64,000 nucleotides of DNA from Polyangiales bacterium (GTDB lineage Bacteria > Myxococcota_A > Polyangia > Polyangiales > JADJQN01), in assembly GCA_964202905.1 (NCBI GenBank), contig CAXNJO010000004.1, positions 64,001-128,000 on the forward strand, read 5' to 3'. The first letter of the stretch is position 1, and every line of letters starts with the position of its first letter. The position numbers and the translations under genes were made by a program. Under the pieces are notes generated by a model. It saw only the letters and a program-made list of their open reading frames with translations, did not search any database and was not told the DNA's origin. This document shows, one piece after another, positions 47,370 through 56,463 of this stretch.

Positions 47370-48410
47370 GTGATCCACGTAGAACGACTGACCAAGCGCT
47401 ACGGCGACCGGATCGCGGTCCGCGACCTCTCCTTCTCCGTCAAGAAGGGTGAGGTCGTCGGCTTCCTCGGTCCCAACGGCGCCGGCAAGAGCACCACGCT
47501 GCGTATGCTCACGGGCTTCCTCGAGCCGAGCGCCGGGTCGATCCGCATCGGCGACGTGGACGCCCTCGCGCGGCCGATCGAGGCCCGTCGCCAGATCGGC
47601 TACATGCCCGAGGCCGTCCCGCTCTATCCGGAGATGCGCATCGACGAATACCTCGCGTACCGCGCGCGGCTGAAGGGCGTGCCGCGCCGCGACGTGAAGC
47701 GGAAGGTCGATGCGGCCCTCGAGAAGGCGCGCGTGACCGACGTGCGCACGCGGATCATCGGGCAGCTCTCGAAGGGCTACAAGCAGCGCGTCGGCCTCGC
47801 GGACGCGCTCGTCGCGGACCCGCCACTGCTCGTGCTCGACGAGCCCACCGCCGGCCTCGATCCCAACCAGATCCGGCAAGTGCGCGATCTCGTGCGCAGC
47901 CTCGCGGGCGAACACACCGTGCTGCTCTCGACGCACATCCTCCCCGAGGTCGAGGCGGCGTGCGGGCGGGTGCTCATCCTGCACAAGGGCGAGCTCAAGC
48001 TCGAGGGCGACACCTCGACCATCCGCCTCACGATGGGCGGGAACACCGCGCTGCTGCTCTCGCTCGTCGGGCGCGGCGAGCGTGCCGCGTTCGAGGCGGC
48101 GCTCGCGGGGACCCCGGGCGTGCGGCGCGTCACCGACGCGCACGACCTCGACGGCGGCCTCGTCCGCCTCCGGATCGAGGCCGATGGGCGACCCGAGATC
48201 GCCGAGGAGGTCTTCCGCGCGGTCGCGGCCGCGGGGCTCGTGCTGCGCGAGCTGCGGTCGGAGGCCATCTCGCTCGAGGACGTCTTCACGCAGATCACGA
48301 CGCACGACGCCGACGAGGGAACGCCAGAGTCCGAACCGCCCGCGCCCGCCGAGGCGGCAGGGGCCACCGACGAGGACCGCGGGGCCGCGGGGCCGGGAGG
48401 CGCGTCGTGA
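47370..48410 (+). CDS. ABC transporter ATP-binding protein (GldA-like)
   Basis: GPNGAGKST, LSKGYKQRV, LDEPTAGLDP, STH. Confidence 0.92.
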   Translation: MIHVERLTKRYGDRIAVRDLSFSVKKGEVVGFLGPNGAGKSTTLRMLTGFLEPSAGSIRIGDVDALARPIEARRQIGYMPEAVPLYPEMRIDEYLAYRARLKGVPRRDVKRKVDAALEKARVTDVRTRIIGQLSKGYKQRVGLADALVADPPLLVLDEPTAGLDPNQIRQVRDLVRSLAGEHTVLLSTHILPEVEAACGRVLILHKGELKLEGDTSTIRLTMGGNTALLLSLVGRGERAAFEAALAGTPGVRRVTDAHDLDGGLVRLRIEADGRPEIAEEVFRAVAAAGLVLRELRSEAISLEDVFTQITTHDADEGTPESEPPAPAEAAGATDEDRGAAGPGGAS

Positions 48411-49159
48411 GCGCGTCCCTCATCATCGCGCGGCGCGAGATCTTCTCGTTCTTCGTGTCGCCGATCGCCTACGTGGTCCTCACCGCGTGGCTCCTCTGGT
48501 CAGGCGGCGTTTTCTGGGTGCTGATGAGCTTCGTCGCGGGGCAGGGCGTCGCCCAGTCCGCGTCGCAGAACCCCATCAGCCTCATCTTCGGGGGCACGAC
48601 GCTCTTCTACATCCCGCTCCTCGTGTTCGTGCCGATCATGACCATGCGGCTCGTCGCCGAGGAGCGCCGGACCGGGACGCTCGAGCTCCTGTTGACGGCG
48701 CCGGTGCGCGACGCGGAGGTCGTCGCCGGCAAGTACCTCGCGGCGCTCGTGTTCTGGCTCGCGATGTGGGTGCCGACGCTCATGTACGTGTGGCTCGTGA
48801 GCCGCTACGGTGACGTCGACCCGGGCGCCGTCGGCGCGAGCTACCTCGGCATCTTCGGCATCGGCGTCTACTACATGGCCGTCGGCGTGCTGATGAGCTC
48901 GCTCTCGCGGAACCAGATCGTCGCGGCGGTCCTCACCTTCCTGACGCTCGGCGGCCTCTTCATGCTCGGTGTCCTCGAGTTCGTGTTCCAGGACTCCGAG
49001 TACAAAGACCTCTTCTCGTATGCGTCCATCTGGGGGCACATGGAGGCCTTCTCGAAGGGCCTCGTGGACACGCGCTTCCTCGTGTTCGACGTGAGCATCG
49101 CGGCCATCGCGCTCTTCTTCGCCGTGCGGGCGGTCGCCTCGCGCCGGGGTGCCCAGTGA
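48407..49159 (+). CDS. ABC-2 permease (GldF-like)
   Basis: REI.SFF.SPIAY, TMRL.AEE.RTGTLELLLTAP, GKYLA; GTGA overlap with the previous gene. Confidence 0.88.
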   Translation: MSASLIIARREIFSFFVSPIAYVVLTAWLLWSGGVFWVLMSFVAGQGVAQSASQNPISLIFGGTTLFYIPLLVFVPIMTMRLVAEERRTGTLELLLTAPVRDAEVVAGKYLAALVFWLAMWVPTLMYVWLVSRYGDVDPGAVGASYLGIFGIGVYYMAVGVLMSSLSRNQIVAAVLTFLTLGGLFMLGVLEFVFQDSEYKDLFSYASIWGHMEAFSKGLVDTRFLVFDVSIAAIALFFAVRAVASRRGAQ

Positions 49160-50775
49160 GCGCCGCGCGCGAGCCGGACACCAGGGCTGCGGCACCGGAG
49201 AAGCCGGAGGGCGGCAAGCCCTCGTCGTCGGGCGGGCCCGAGACCGGGGGCGCGCGTGCGGGCGCCACGGTGAACGCCGTGGTGGTCTCGGTCCTCGTGC
49301 TGCTGCTCGCGGGCTTCGCGAACTACCTCGCGTTCCGCCACTACGAGCGCTTCGACTGGACGAGCCAGGGCGTCTACACGCTCTCGGAGCGCTCCCGCGT
49401 CGTGCTGCGCGGCCTCCGCGCAGACCTCGACGTCTACGTCTTCATGTCGCGCGGAGAGCCCGCGCGTGCGGACCTCGACGAGCTGCTCGAGCGCTACGGC
49501 GCGCTCACGCAACACCTCACGGTGCACTACGTCGACCCCGAGACGCAGCGCACGGAGTTCCAGGTGCTCGCCCAGCGTTTTGGCGTCGGCGGCCTGCAGA
49601 ACGTCGAGACGGGCGAGCTCTCGTCGGACGTCGACATCGTCGTCGCGGCCGGCGAAAAACACTGGAAGATCACGCGTGAAGACCTCGTCGAGCTCGACCT
49701 CTCGGGCCTCGGCGACGAGGACGACGGCGCCGACGTCGCGACGCAGGTGAAGAGCGAGCAGGCCCTCACGGGCGCCATCCTGCAGGTCACCACGGGCCGC
49801 GACACGAAAGTCTGCGTGACGACGGGTCACGGCGAGTGGGCTGCCGAGGGGCCCGGCGAGCGCTCGCTCGCCTCGCTCCAGCACGAACTCGAGCGGTCGA
49901 ACGTGGTGCTCGAGTCCTACGCGACGCTCGGGCAGTCCACGATCGCGCGGGGTTGCGACGCCGTCTTCGTGATCGGCCCGCAGACGGGCTTTCAAGCCGC
50001 GGAGGCCGCGGCGCTCGCGGCCTACGTGCGCGCCGGCGGGAACCTGCTCGTCACGCTCGATCCGCTCGTCGAGCGCGACGCCTTCCGCGCGACGGGGCTC
50101 GAGCCGATGCTGCGCGACCTCGGCGTGGCGCTCGACGACGACATCGTCATCGAGCGCGACCGCACGCTCCTCGCCGCGGGCGCGGGCGATCTCTTCTTCG
50201 TGAACGCCTACGGCGATCACCCGACGACCAGCGTGCTCAGGCGCCTGCGGCCGACGACCGCGCTCCGCCTCGCGCGGAGCGTGCGCCCGCTCGACGTCGG
50301 GAGCCGCGCGGTGAAGTTGCTCGAGACGAGCGCCGAGGGCTATGGCGAGACGAGCCTCGGCGAGCTCGGCGGCGAGGTGCCCCCCGCGAAGAACGGCGCC
50401 GATCTCGCCGGTCCGCTCTCGCTCGCCGTCGCGGTCGACACGCGCGCCCGCCGAACGGGCCCGGACGACGAGCCAGCACCCGCTGCGCCGGAGTCCCGTA
50501 CCGGGGGACGCGTCATCGTCGTCGGGACGAGCTCGTGGCTCGAGCCCGCCTTCGTCGACCGGCCCGAGGTCGCGAACTTCGACCTCACGAGCGCGTGGAC
50601 GGGCTGGCTCACGCAGCGCGAAGCCCTGATCGCGATCGCGCCGAAGCGCGTGCAGGCGCGGGCCGTCGTGATGGCGGAGGAGGACCTGAGCGCGCTCGCG
50701 TTCCGCGTGCTCTTCCTGATGCCCATGGCGGTGCTGCTGCTCGGCGTGGCCGTCTGGTGGACCCGCAGGCAGTGA
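49156..50775 (+). CDS. GldG-family ABC auxiliary component
   Basis: TM, DWT..G.YTLS..S, EQALT.AI, TTGHGE, GGNLLV..DP, C-terminal TM ending WWTRR. Confidence 0.82.
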   Translation: MSAAREPDTRAAAPEKPEGGKPSSSGGPETGGARAGATVNAVVVSVLVLLLAGFANYLAFRHYERFDWTSQGVYTLSERSRVVLRGLRADLDVYVFMSRGEPARADLDELLERYGALTQHLTVHYVDPETQRTEFQVLAQRFGVGGLQNVETGELSSDVDIVVAAGEKHWKITREDLVELDLSGLGDEDDGADVATQVKSEQALTGAILQVTTGRDTKVCVTTGHGEWAAEGPGERSLASLQHELERSNVVLESYATLGQSTIARGCDAVFVIGPQTGFQAAEAAALAAYVRAGGNLLVTLDPLVERDAFRATGLEPMLRDLGVALDDDIVIERDRTLLAAGAGDLFFVNAYGDHPTTSVLRRLRPTTALRLARSVRPLDVGSRAVKLLETSAEGYGETSLGELGGEVPPAKNGADLAGPLSLAVAVDTRARRTGPDDEPAPAAPESRTGGRVIVVGTSSWLEPAFVDRPEVANFDLTSAWTGWLTQREALIAIAPKRVQARAVVMAEEDLSALAFRVLFLMPMAVLLLGVAVWWTRRQ

Positions 50776-50786
50776 GGGGCCCGCGC

Positions 50787-53132
50787 ATGACCGCCCTCAA
50801 GCTCGTCCTCCGCCGCTACCGCACGACGCTCCTGCTCGGCGCGCTCTGCGCGCTCGCGGGCGCGTTCATCTGGTTCTACGAGCGGCAGACGCTGAGCACG
50901 GGCGAGCTCGAGGAGCGCCGCGGGCGGCTGCTCGAGCGCTTCGTGCGGGCCCGCTGCGAGAAGGTCGAGATCCAGCGCGGCGGCGCCGCGATCACGCTCG
51001 TTCGGGAGCGCGCGGACGGCGAGGAGGGCGAGCTCGGGGTCTGGCGCCTGCATGCCCCCGTCTCGGCCGCGGCGGACGACGATGCCGTGAGCGCGCTGCT
51101 CGGCGCGCTCGAGTGGATGGACGACCGCCGCGAGTTCCGCGGCATCACGGCGGCCGACCGCGCGCGGATGGGCCTCGACCGGCCCCGGCTTCGCGCGTGG
51201 CTCACGGTCGCCAACGAGCGGACGCCGCTCGTGTTCGGCGGCGAGGACGCGCGCAGCGAGGGCGTGTACGCGCAACTCGGTGACGCGGGCGTCGCGTGGG
51301 TGGTCGGCAAGGACGTCTTCGAGGCGCTCGACCACGACGCAGCGCACTTCCGCGACAAGGCGCTGTTCGTCGGCGAGACGTCGCCGCGTGTCGCCGACCG
51401 CCTGACGCTGCGCGTCGCCGGGCCCGCTGCGAGCGCCGGCGAGACGCGGCTCGAACGCGACGGGGCGCGGTGGTCCTTGCGCGCACCCGTGCTCGGCTTT
51501 GCCTCGCGGAGCGCGCTCGACGAGCTTCTCGCGGCCGTGGACGACCTGCGCGCGGAGCGCTTCGTCGACGAGCGCCCGACCGATCTCGCCCGCTACGGGC
51601 TCGCGTCGCCCGTTCTCGAGGTCGTCGCCGAGGCGCCGCCCCCGGCGGGTGCGGACGGCGGCGTACGCTCCGGGTTCCGGCTGCGCATCGGGACCGCGTG
51701 CGCGGGTCACACGGACGAGGTCCACGCGCTCGCGGGCGACGTCGGTCCAGTCGTGTGCGTGCGCGAGGCGGCGACGCAGGCCCTCGCGCGCGGCGCGGAG
51801 GAACTGCGCGAACGGCGCGTGCTGGCGGGCGAGGACGAGGTCGTCGAGTCGGTCACGCTGACCGCGCGCGGCAACGGATCGGGCCCAGAAGCCCGGCTCT
51901 CGGTCGCGCGGACCGAGGGCGGTTGGCGTCGCACGGATGGCGGTGGCGGCGCGGACGCCGACGCGGGCGCTGGGGCGACCGTCGACGCGGACTCCGTCGC
52001 GCGCTGGCTCGCGGCCCTCCGCGGGCTCGCACCGAGCGCGTTCGACACGCTCGTCGACGCGGGGGGGCACGACGATCCGGCGCGGCTGCGCGCGCACGGG
52101 CTCGACCGCCCGCGTGCGACGCTGGTCGTCGCGCTCGGGTCCGACCTCGAGGCGGAGACGCTCGCGCTCGGCGCCGTCGACGGGACGGGCGTATGGCTTC
52201 GCCGGGGCGCCGAGCCGGTGGCGCTCCGCGTCGACGCCTCGGCGACGGGCTGGTTCGAGGTGTCGCCGCTCCGCTTGCGCCCGCTCCGCGCGGTGGCGTT
52301 CGACGACGCCGCGGTGACGGCGCTGACCCTGGCGCGGGGGACCGGCGAGGAGCGCGTCGCCCGCGACGGACAAACCTGGCAGGTCACCGCGCCACTCCCA
52401 GTGCCTGCCGAGCGCGCACGGGTCCTCGGTTTGCTCCGCGCGCTCGCGACGCTGCGCGCCGACCGCTGGGTGTCGGAGCAGGTCCAGGCGGGGACGGGCC
52501 TCGAGGTGCCACGCGTGGTGGTGACGCTCGCGCTCGGCACCGGAGGTGCGCCGCACACGCTCCGTATCGGGAATGAGACGCCCGGTGGCGCCTACGCGCG
52601 CTTCGACGACGGCACGGTCTTCGTCGCGCCCGAGGCCGCCCTGCGCGAGATCGCCGCGCCGCTCGCCGCGCACGATCTGCTCGCGGTGCCGGTCGATGAC
52701 GTCGCCGCGCTCACGATCACGCGCGGCACCACGCGCCGTGCGCTGCGCCGCGAGGGGAACGTCTGGCGGGAGGGCGCGCGCGCGCTCGACGCCGCCGAGG
52801 TCGACGCGTTCGTGCGTCCGGTGCTCGACGCGCTCGCTGCGCTCCGCGCCGAGCCGATTCGATACGGCGTGCCTGGGGTCGCCTCCCCGCGTGCGCGTCT
52901 CGAGGTCGAGCGCCGTGGCGGCGAGCCGGCGCGCATCGTGCTGCTCGTCGGGGCCGCGATGCCGGGGGACGCATCCGCGGGCGTCGAGATCGCGCGCGAG
53001 GGGCTGGCCGCGACGTTCCGCGCCGACGCGGCGCTCGTCGCGCCGCTGCTCGGCGAGGCGCCGCCCCCGCTGCCGGTGGAGCCCGACACGCTCGGCCCCG
53101 CGCCCGACGACGACGCACGCCCGACGGAGTGA
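50787..53132 (+). CDS. DUF4340-repeat membrane-anchored protein
   Basis: N-terminal TM; repeated W.L.APV...AD..V..LL..L..L.....YGL..P units; follows the GldG-like gene. Confidence 0.75.
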   Translation: MTALKLVLRRYRTTLLLGALCALAGAFIWFYERQTLSTGELEERRGRLLERFVRARCEKVEIQRGGAAITLVRERADGEEGELGVWRLHAPVSAAADDDAVSALLGALEWMDDRREFRGITAADRARMGLDRPRLRAWLTVANERTPLVFGGEDARSEGVYAQLGDAGVAWVVGKDVFEALDHDAAHFRDKALFVGETSPRVADRLTLRVAGPAASAGETRLERDGARWSLRAPVLGFASRSALDELLAAVDDLRAERFVDERPTDLARYGLASPVLEVVAEAPPPAGADGGVRSGFRLRIGTACAGHTDEVHALAGDVGPVVCVREAATQALARGAEELRERRVLAGEDEVVESVTLTARGNGSGPEARLSVARTEGGWRRTDGGGGADADAGAGATVDADSVARWLAALRGLAPSAFDTLVDAGGHDDPARLRAHGLDRPRATLVVALGSDLEAETLALGAVDGTGVWLRRGAEPVALRVDASATGWFEVSPLRLRPLRAVAFDDAAVTALTLARGTGEERVARDGQTWQVTAPLPVPAERARVLGLLRALATLRADRWVSEQVQAGTGLEVPRVVVTLALGTGGAPHTLRIGNETPGGAYARFDDGTVFVAPEAALREIAAPLAAHDLLAVPVDDVAALTITRGTTRRALRREGNVWREGARALDAAEVDAFVRPVLDALAALRAEPIRYGVPGVASPRARLEVERRGGEPARIVLLVGAAMPGDASAGVEIAREGLAATFRADAALVAPLLGEAPPPLPVEPDTLGPAPDDDARPTE

Positions 53133-53248
53133 CGCGCAGCGCTCCTTCGTGCGCCCGGGCGTGACGCGACGGTTGTGGTCGCTTTCGCGCGCGTGGTAGG
53201 GTCTCGCCGCCGCGCCCGGACGGGCCGGTCTCACGTACGGGGAGAGAC

Positions 53249-53914
53249 ATGGATCGAGGCTCTCGGCATCTCTGGACACACGCGGTCGCGGGGCTCCTGC
53301 TCGCTCTCACCGGGGCGACGCTCGGAGGCGCGATGATGGGCTGCTCGGAGGCGAAGCCCGCCGCCGACATCACGGTCGAGCGGCTGCCGGACGTGAACCC
53401 GAACCTGCCCGCCGTCCCGACGCTGCCGCCCCCGCCGCATCCCGTCCAGTACCCCGACCAGACCTACTCGGTCTACGGCGTGCGTCGGCGCATCCACCAA
53501 ACGATGGACACCGAAGTGTCGATCACCGGCTACGTCGTCGCGATGTACACGCCGCCCGAGTGCCCCGCGGACCGCATCTGCCCGCCGGCCCGCGTCCCGC
53601 ACCTCTTCCTCGCCGACGCGAAGGACGAGGCCGACGCAACCAAGCGCCTGACGCTCGTGCAGTACGCCGAGAACCAGACGCAGCTCGACGAGGCCGTCGA
53701 AGCCTTCCGGCGCGGTCGACCGCTGACCCGCGAGGAGGGCGACGATCGCCCGCCGATCCCGGGCGATTTCGGCGTCGGCGCCAAGATCAAGGTGCGCGGA
53801 CGTTTCACGCGCCAGTCGGGGACGGGGTTTTCGCAGGCGGACGGCGTGCTCGACTACGCGGGGCACGAGACGCTCGAGCCCGCGCCCGTCACCGAGCCCG
53901 CGCCGCGTCGCTGA
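53249..53914 (+). CDS. Hypothetical lipoprotein (possible OB-fold)
   Basis: Signal ending GAMMGC; GGGGAGAG RBS; VSITGYVV and IKVRGRF strands. Confidence 0.7.
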   Translation: MDRGSRHLWTHAVAGLLLALTGATLGGAMMGCSEAKPAADITVERLPDVNPNLPAVPTLPPPPHPVQYPDQTYSVYGVRRRIHQTMDTEVSITGYVVAMYTPPECPADRICPPARVPHLFLADAKDEADATKRLTLVQYAENQTQLDEAVEAFRRGRPLTREEGDDRPPIPGDFGVGAKIKVRGRFTRQSGTGFSQADGVLDYAGHETLEPAPVTEPAPRR

Positions 53915-53956
53915 GCCGCGCCCCGCAGTGTCGCGACGCCCCGGGCGGGAGCGCGG

Positions 53957-55501
53957 ATGCTGCGCCTGATCCTGCGCCGGCTGCTCGTCGTCGTGCCCAC
54001 GCTCGTGGGCGTGACGCTCGTGAGTTTCGCGCTGCTCGTCCTCGCGCCGCCTCCCGGGGGCGGGCTCGCGTCGGAGGCGTCACGCTCGCTCTTCCTCGAC
54101 TTGCCCACCTTCGTCAGCGCGGACCCGCGCGACCTCGCGCGTGACGTCGACGCGGCGCTGGGGGCGACCGCGCGCGGGCTGCCGGCTCCGGACCTCGGTG
54201 TGCGCGGCGCGGTCCTCGTCCCGCTGCTCGCCCCGCGGCTCGCGGCGCTTCCCGCGCCCGCACAGCGCTGGGCCCTCAAGCAGCTCGGCCCGTCGGCGGG
54301 CAGACTGGCGACGGAGGCCGAGCTGGTCGGCGCGGGGGACGATCTCGAGTTCTGGGTGGAACTCTACGAGTCGCGACGGCTCGACTTCCGACCGAGCCAC
54401 GTGCGACGCCTCGTTCGGCGGCTCCGCGCCGGGCGCAGCCGGCACGCCGCAGAGCAACTCCGCGTGCTCGGCACGTACGCGTTGCCGGAGCTCGTCGCTG
54501 CGCTCGACGAGGAAGATGGCGCCGACGCGCGGCAGCGGGTTCTGACGGTGCTCACGGACCTGAGCCCGGACGCGCCGCCCGCGCGGCTCGGCGTGCTCGA
54601 CGCGCGCGCGCCGGAGGCCTGGCGCGAGTGGTGGTTCGTGCATCGCCCGGATTTCGTGGTCTTCGGGCCCATCGAGCGTTCCCTCTCCGCGGTGACCGAG
54701 ACCCGCTACGGCAAGTGGATCGCCCGCCTGCTGACGCTGCGCCTCGGCACGTCGGCCGTCGACGGGGAGGCGGTCGCCGGCAAACTCGTGTCCCGCGGCG
54801 CCGTCACGGTCGCGCTCGCGACGCTCGCTGCCGCGCTCGCCTTCGTGCTTGCCGTACCGCTCGGGACGCTCACCGCCGTGCGCCGCGACGGCTTCGCGGA
54901 TCGGCTCGTCGGGGCGCTCGGCTTCGTCCTGTACTCACTGCCGGTCGTGTGGGTCGGCACGCTCCTGCTGCGCGCGGTGTGCGGTGCCCCCGGCCTCGCG
55001 CTCTTCCCGGCGGGGGGGCTCTTCGACCCCGCGCTCGCGTCGGCGTCGCTGCCGACCCGTCTCGTCGACCTCGCGTGGCACCTCGCCATGCCCGTGTTGT
55101 CGCTCGCGTATCCGTCGCTGATCGTGCTGAGCCGCCACCAGCGCAGCGCGGTGCTCAACGTCATCCGCAGCGACTACGTGCGGACCGCCCGCGCGAAGGG
55201 CGTGCCGGAGCACCGCGTGCTGCGGGAGCACGTGCTGCGCAACGCACTCCCGCCCGTGGTCACACTGGCGGGGCTCGAGGTGCCTCTGCTCGTCGGCACC
55301 TCGGTGCTCGTCGAGGAGCTCTTCGCGATCCCCGGGCTCGGCCGCGAGACCGTCGCGGCAGTGGCGGCGCGCGATGTCGCCTGGCTCGTCGCGGTGACGG
55401 CGGCCGCCGCGATCGTGGGGGTGATCGGGCTCCTCTTCGGCGACCTGTTCGTCGCGCTCGTCGATCCTCGCACCCGCCGCGCCGGGGGAGGGCGGCGATG
55501 A
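53957..55501 (+). CDS. Peptide/nickel ABC permease OppB/DppB with large helical insertion
   Basis: ILRRLL..VPTL.GV; SDYVRTARAKG..VL..HVLRNAL; VEELF.IPGLG. Confidence 0.88.
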   Translation: MLRLILRRLLVVVPTLVGVTLVSFALLVLAPPPGGGLASEASRSLFLDLPTFVSADPRDLARDVDAALGATARGLPAPDLGVRGAVLVPLLAPRLAALPAPAQRWALKQLGPSAGRLATEAELVGAGDDLEFWVELYESRRLDFRPSHVRRLVRRLRAGRSRHAAEQLRVLGTYALPELVAALDEEDGADARQRVLTVLTDLSPDAPPARLGVLDARAPEAWREWWFVHRPDFVVFGPIERSLSAVTETRYGKWIARLLTLRLGTSAVDGEAVAGKLVSRGAVTVALATLAAALAFVLAVPLGTLTAVRRDGFADRLVGALGFVLYSLPVVWVGTLLLRAVCGAPGLALFPAGGLFDPALASASLPTRLVDLAWHLAMPVLSLAYPSLIVLSRHQRSAVLNVIRSDYVRTARAKGVPEHRVLREHVLRNALPPVVTLAGLEVPLLVGTSVLVEELFAIPGLGRETVAAVAARDVAWLVAVTAAAAIVGVIGLLFGDLFVALVDPRTRRAGGGRR

Positions 55502-56457
55502 GGCTCTCGGAGCGGCCGAGCCAGATCGCGGGCTTCGTTCGCGCCCGCATTCGGCAGCGCGCGGGCACGCTGCGCGTGCTCTGGCGTACGCGCCGCGCGC
55601 GCGTCGGGATCGCCGGGCTCGGGGTGCTGCTCGTGCTTGCGCTGCTCGCGGACGTCCTCGCCTCCCCCGCGCCGAGCTTGCGCGTGCTCGAGGCGCCGTC
55701 TCTCGCGCATTGGCTTGGGACCGACGGCCGCGGTCGCGACGTGCTCGCGTGTCTCGTCCACGGCACGCGCGCAGGGCTCTCCGTGGGGTTGGTCTCCGCG
55801 GCGCTCGTCGTGGGCGCGGGCGTGGCCCTCGGGGCCGTCTCCGGCTTCTACGGAGGGCGACTCGACACCTTCCTCACGCGCACCATCGAGGTCTTGCTGA
55901 GTGTCCCCACGATCCTCGCGGTCCTCGCGCTCCGCGGCATCACGGGGCAGAGCGGGCTCCTCGACGTCGCCGTCGTCTTCGGTGTGTTGCGCTGGACGGA
56001 CGTCGCGCGGATGACGCGGGCTGAGGTGTTGCGCGCCCGCAACAGCGACTTCGCGCTCGCCGCGCACGCGCTCGGGCTCACGCCCCGACAGGTCCTCTGG
56101 CGACACGTGCTCCCCGACGCGGTGTCGCCGGCGGTCGTCGCGGCGCCGATCGCGATGGGCGCCGCGATCGTCGTCGATGCGTCCCTCGCGATGCTCGGCG
56201 CGCCCGAACCGGCGGGCGTCGTCACGTGGGGGGCGCTGCTCGCGGGGGCGCGTCTGCACAAAGATGCCTGGTGGCTTGCCGTCTTTCCGGGGTTCGCGCT
56301 GTTCGCGTCGGTCGCGAGCTTCAACCTCGTCAGCGAGTCGCTGCGCGACGCGCTCGATCCTCACTTGCGGGCGATGGCCGTGCCCGGCACGGAGACACCG
56401 CGCTCCCGCGGCGTCGCCGGGCCGACGACGCGCAGCCAGGACCGCGTCGGCCGCTGA
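55498..56457 (+). CDS. Peptide/nickel ABC permease OppC/DppC
   Basis: HWLGTD.RGRD, G.R..L.VG, AR..RAE, RHVLP, WW...FPG, FNL..E.LRDALDP. Confidence 0.9.
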   Translation: MRLSERPSQIAGFVRARIRQRAGTLRVLWRTRRARVGIAGLGVLLVLALLADVLASPAPSLRVLEAPSLAHWLGTDGRGRDVLACLVHGTRAGLSVGLVSAALVVGAGVALGAVSGFYGGRLDTFLTRTIEVLLSVPTILAVLALRGITGQSGLLDVAVVFGVLRWTDVARMTRAEVLRARNSDFALAAHALGLTPRQVLWRHVLPDAVSPAVVAAPIAMGAAIVVDASLAMLGAPEPAGVVTWGALLAGARLHKDAWWLAVFPGFALFASVASFNLVSESLRDALDPHLRAMAVPGTETPRSRGVAGPTTRSQDRVGR

Positions 56458-56463
56458 GCGCGC

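Noticed and set aside
47370..53132. Bacteroidetes-type gliding machinery
   Set aside because: GldA/F/G-like ABC plus DUF4340 cassettes are widespread outside gliding Bacteroidetes, and no other gld/spr genes are here.
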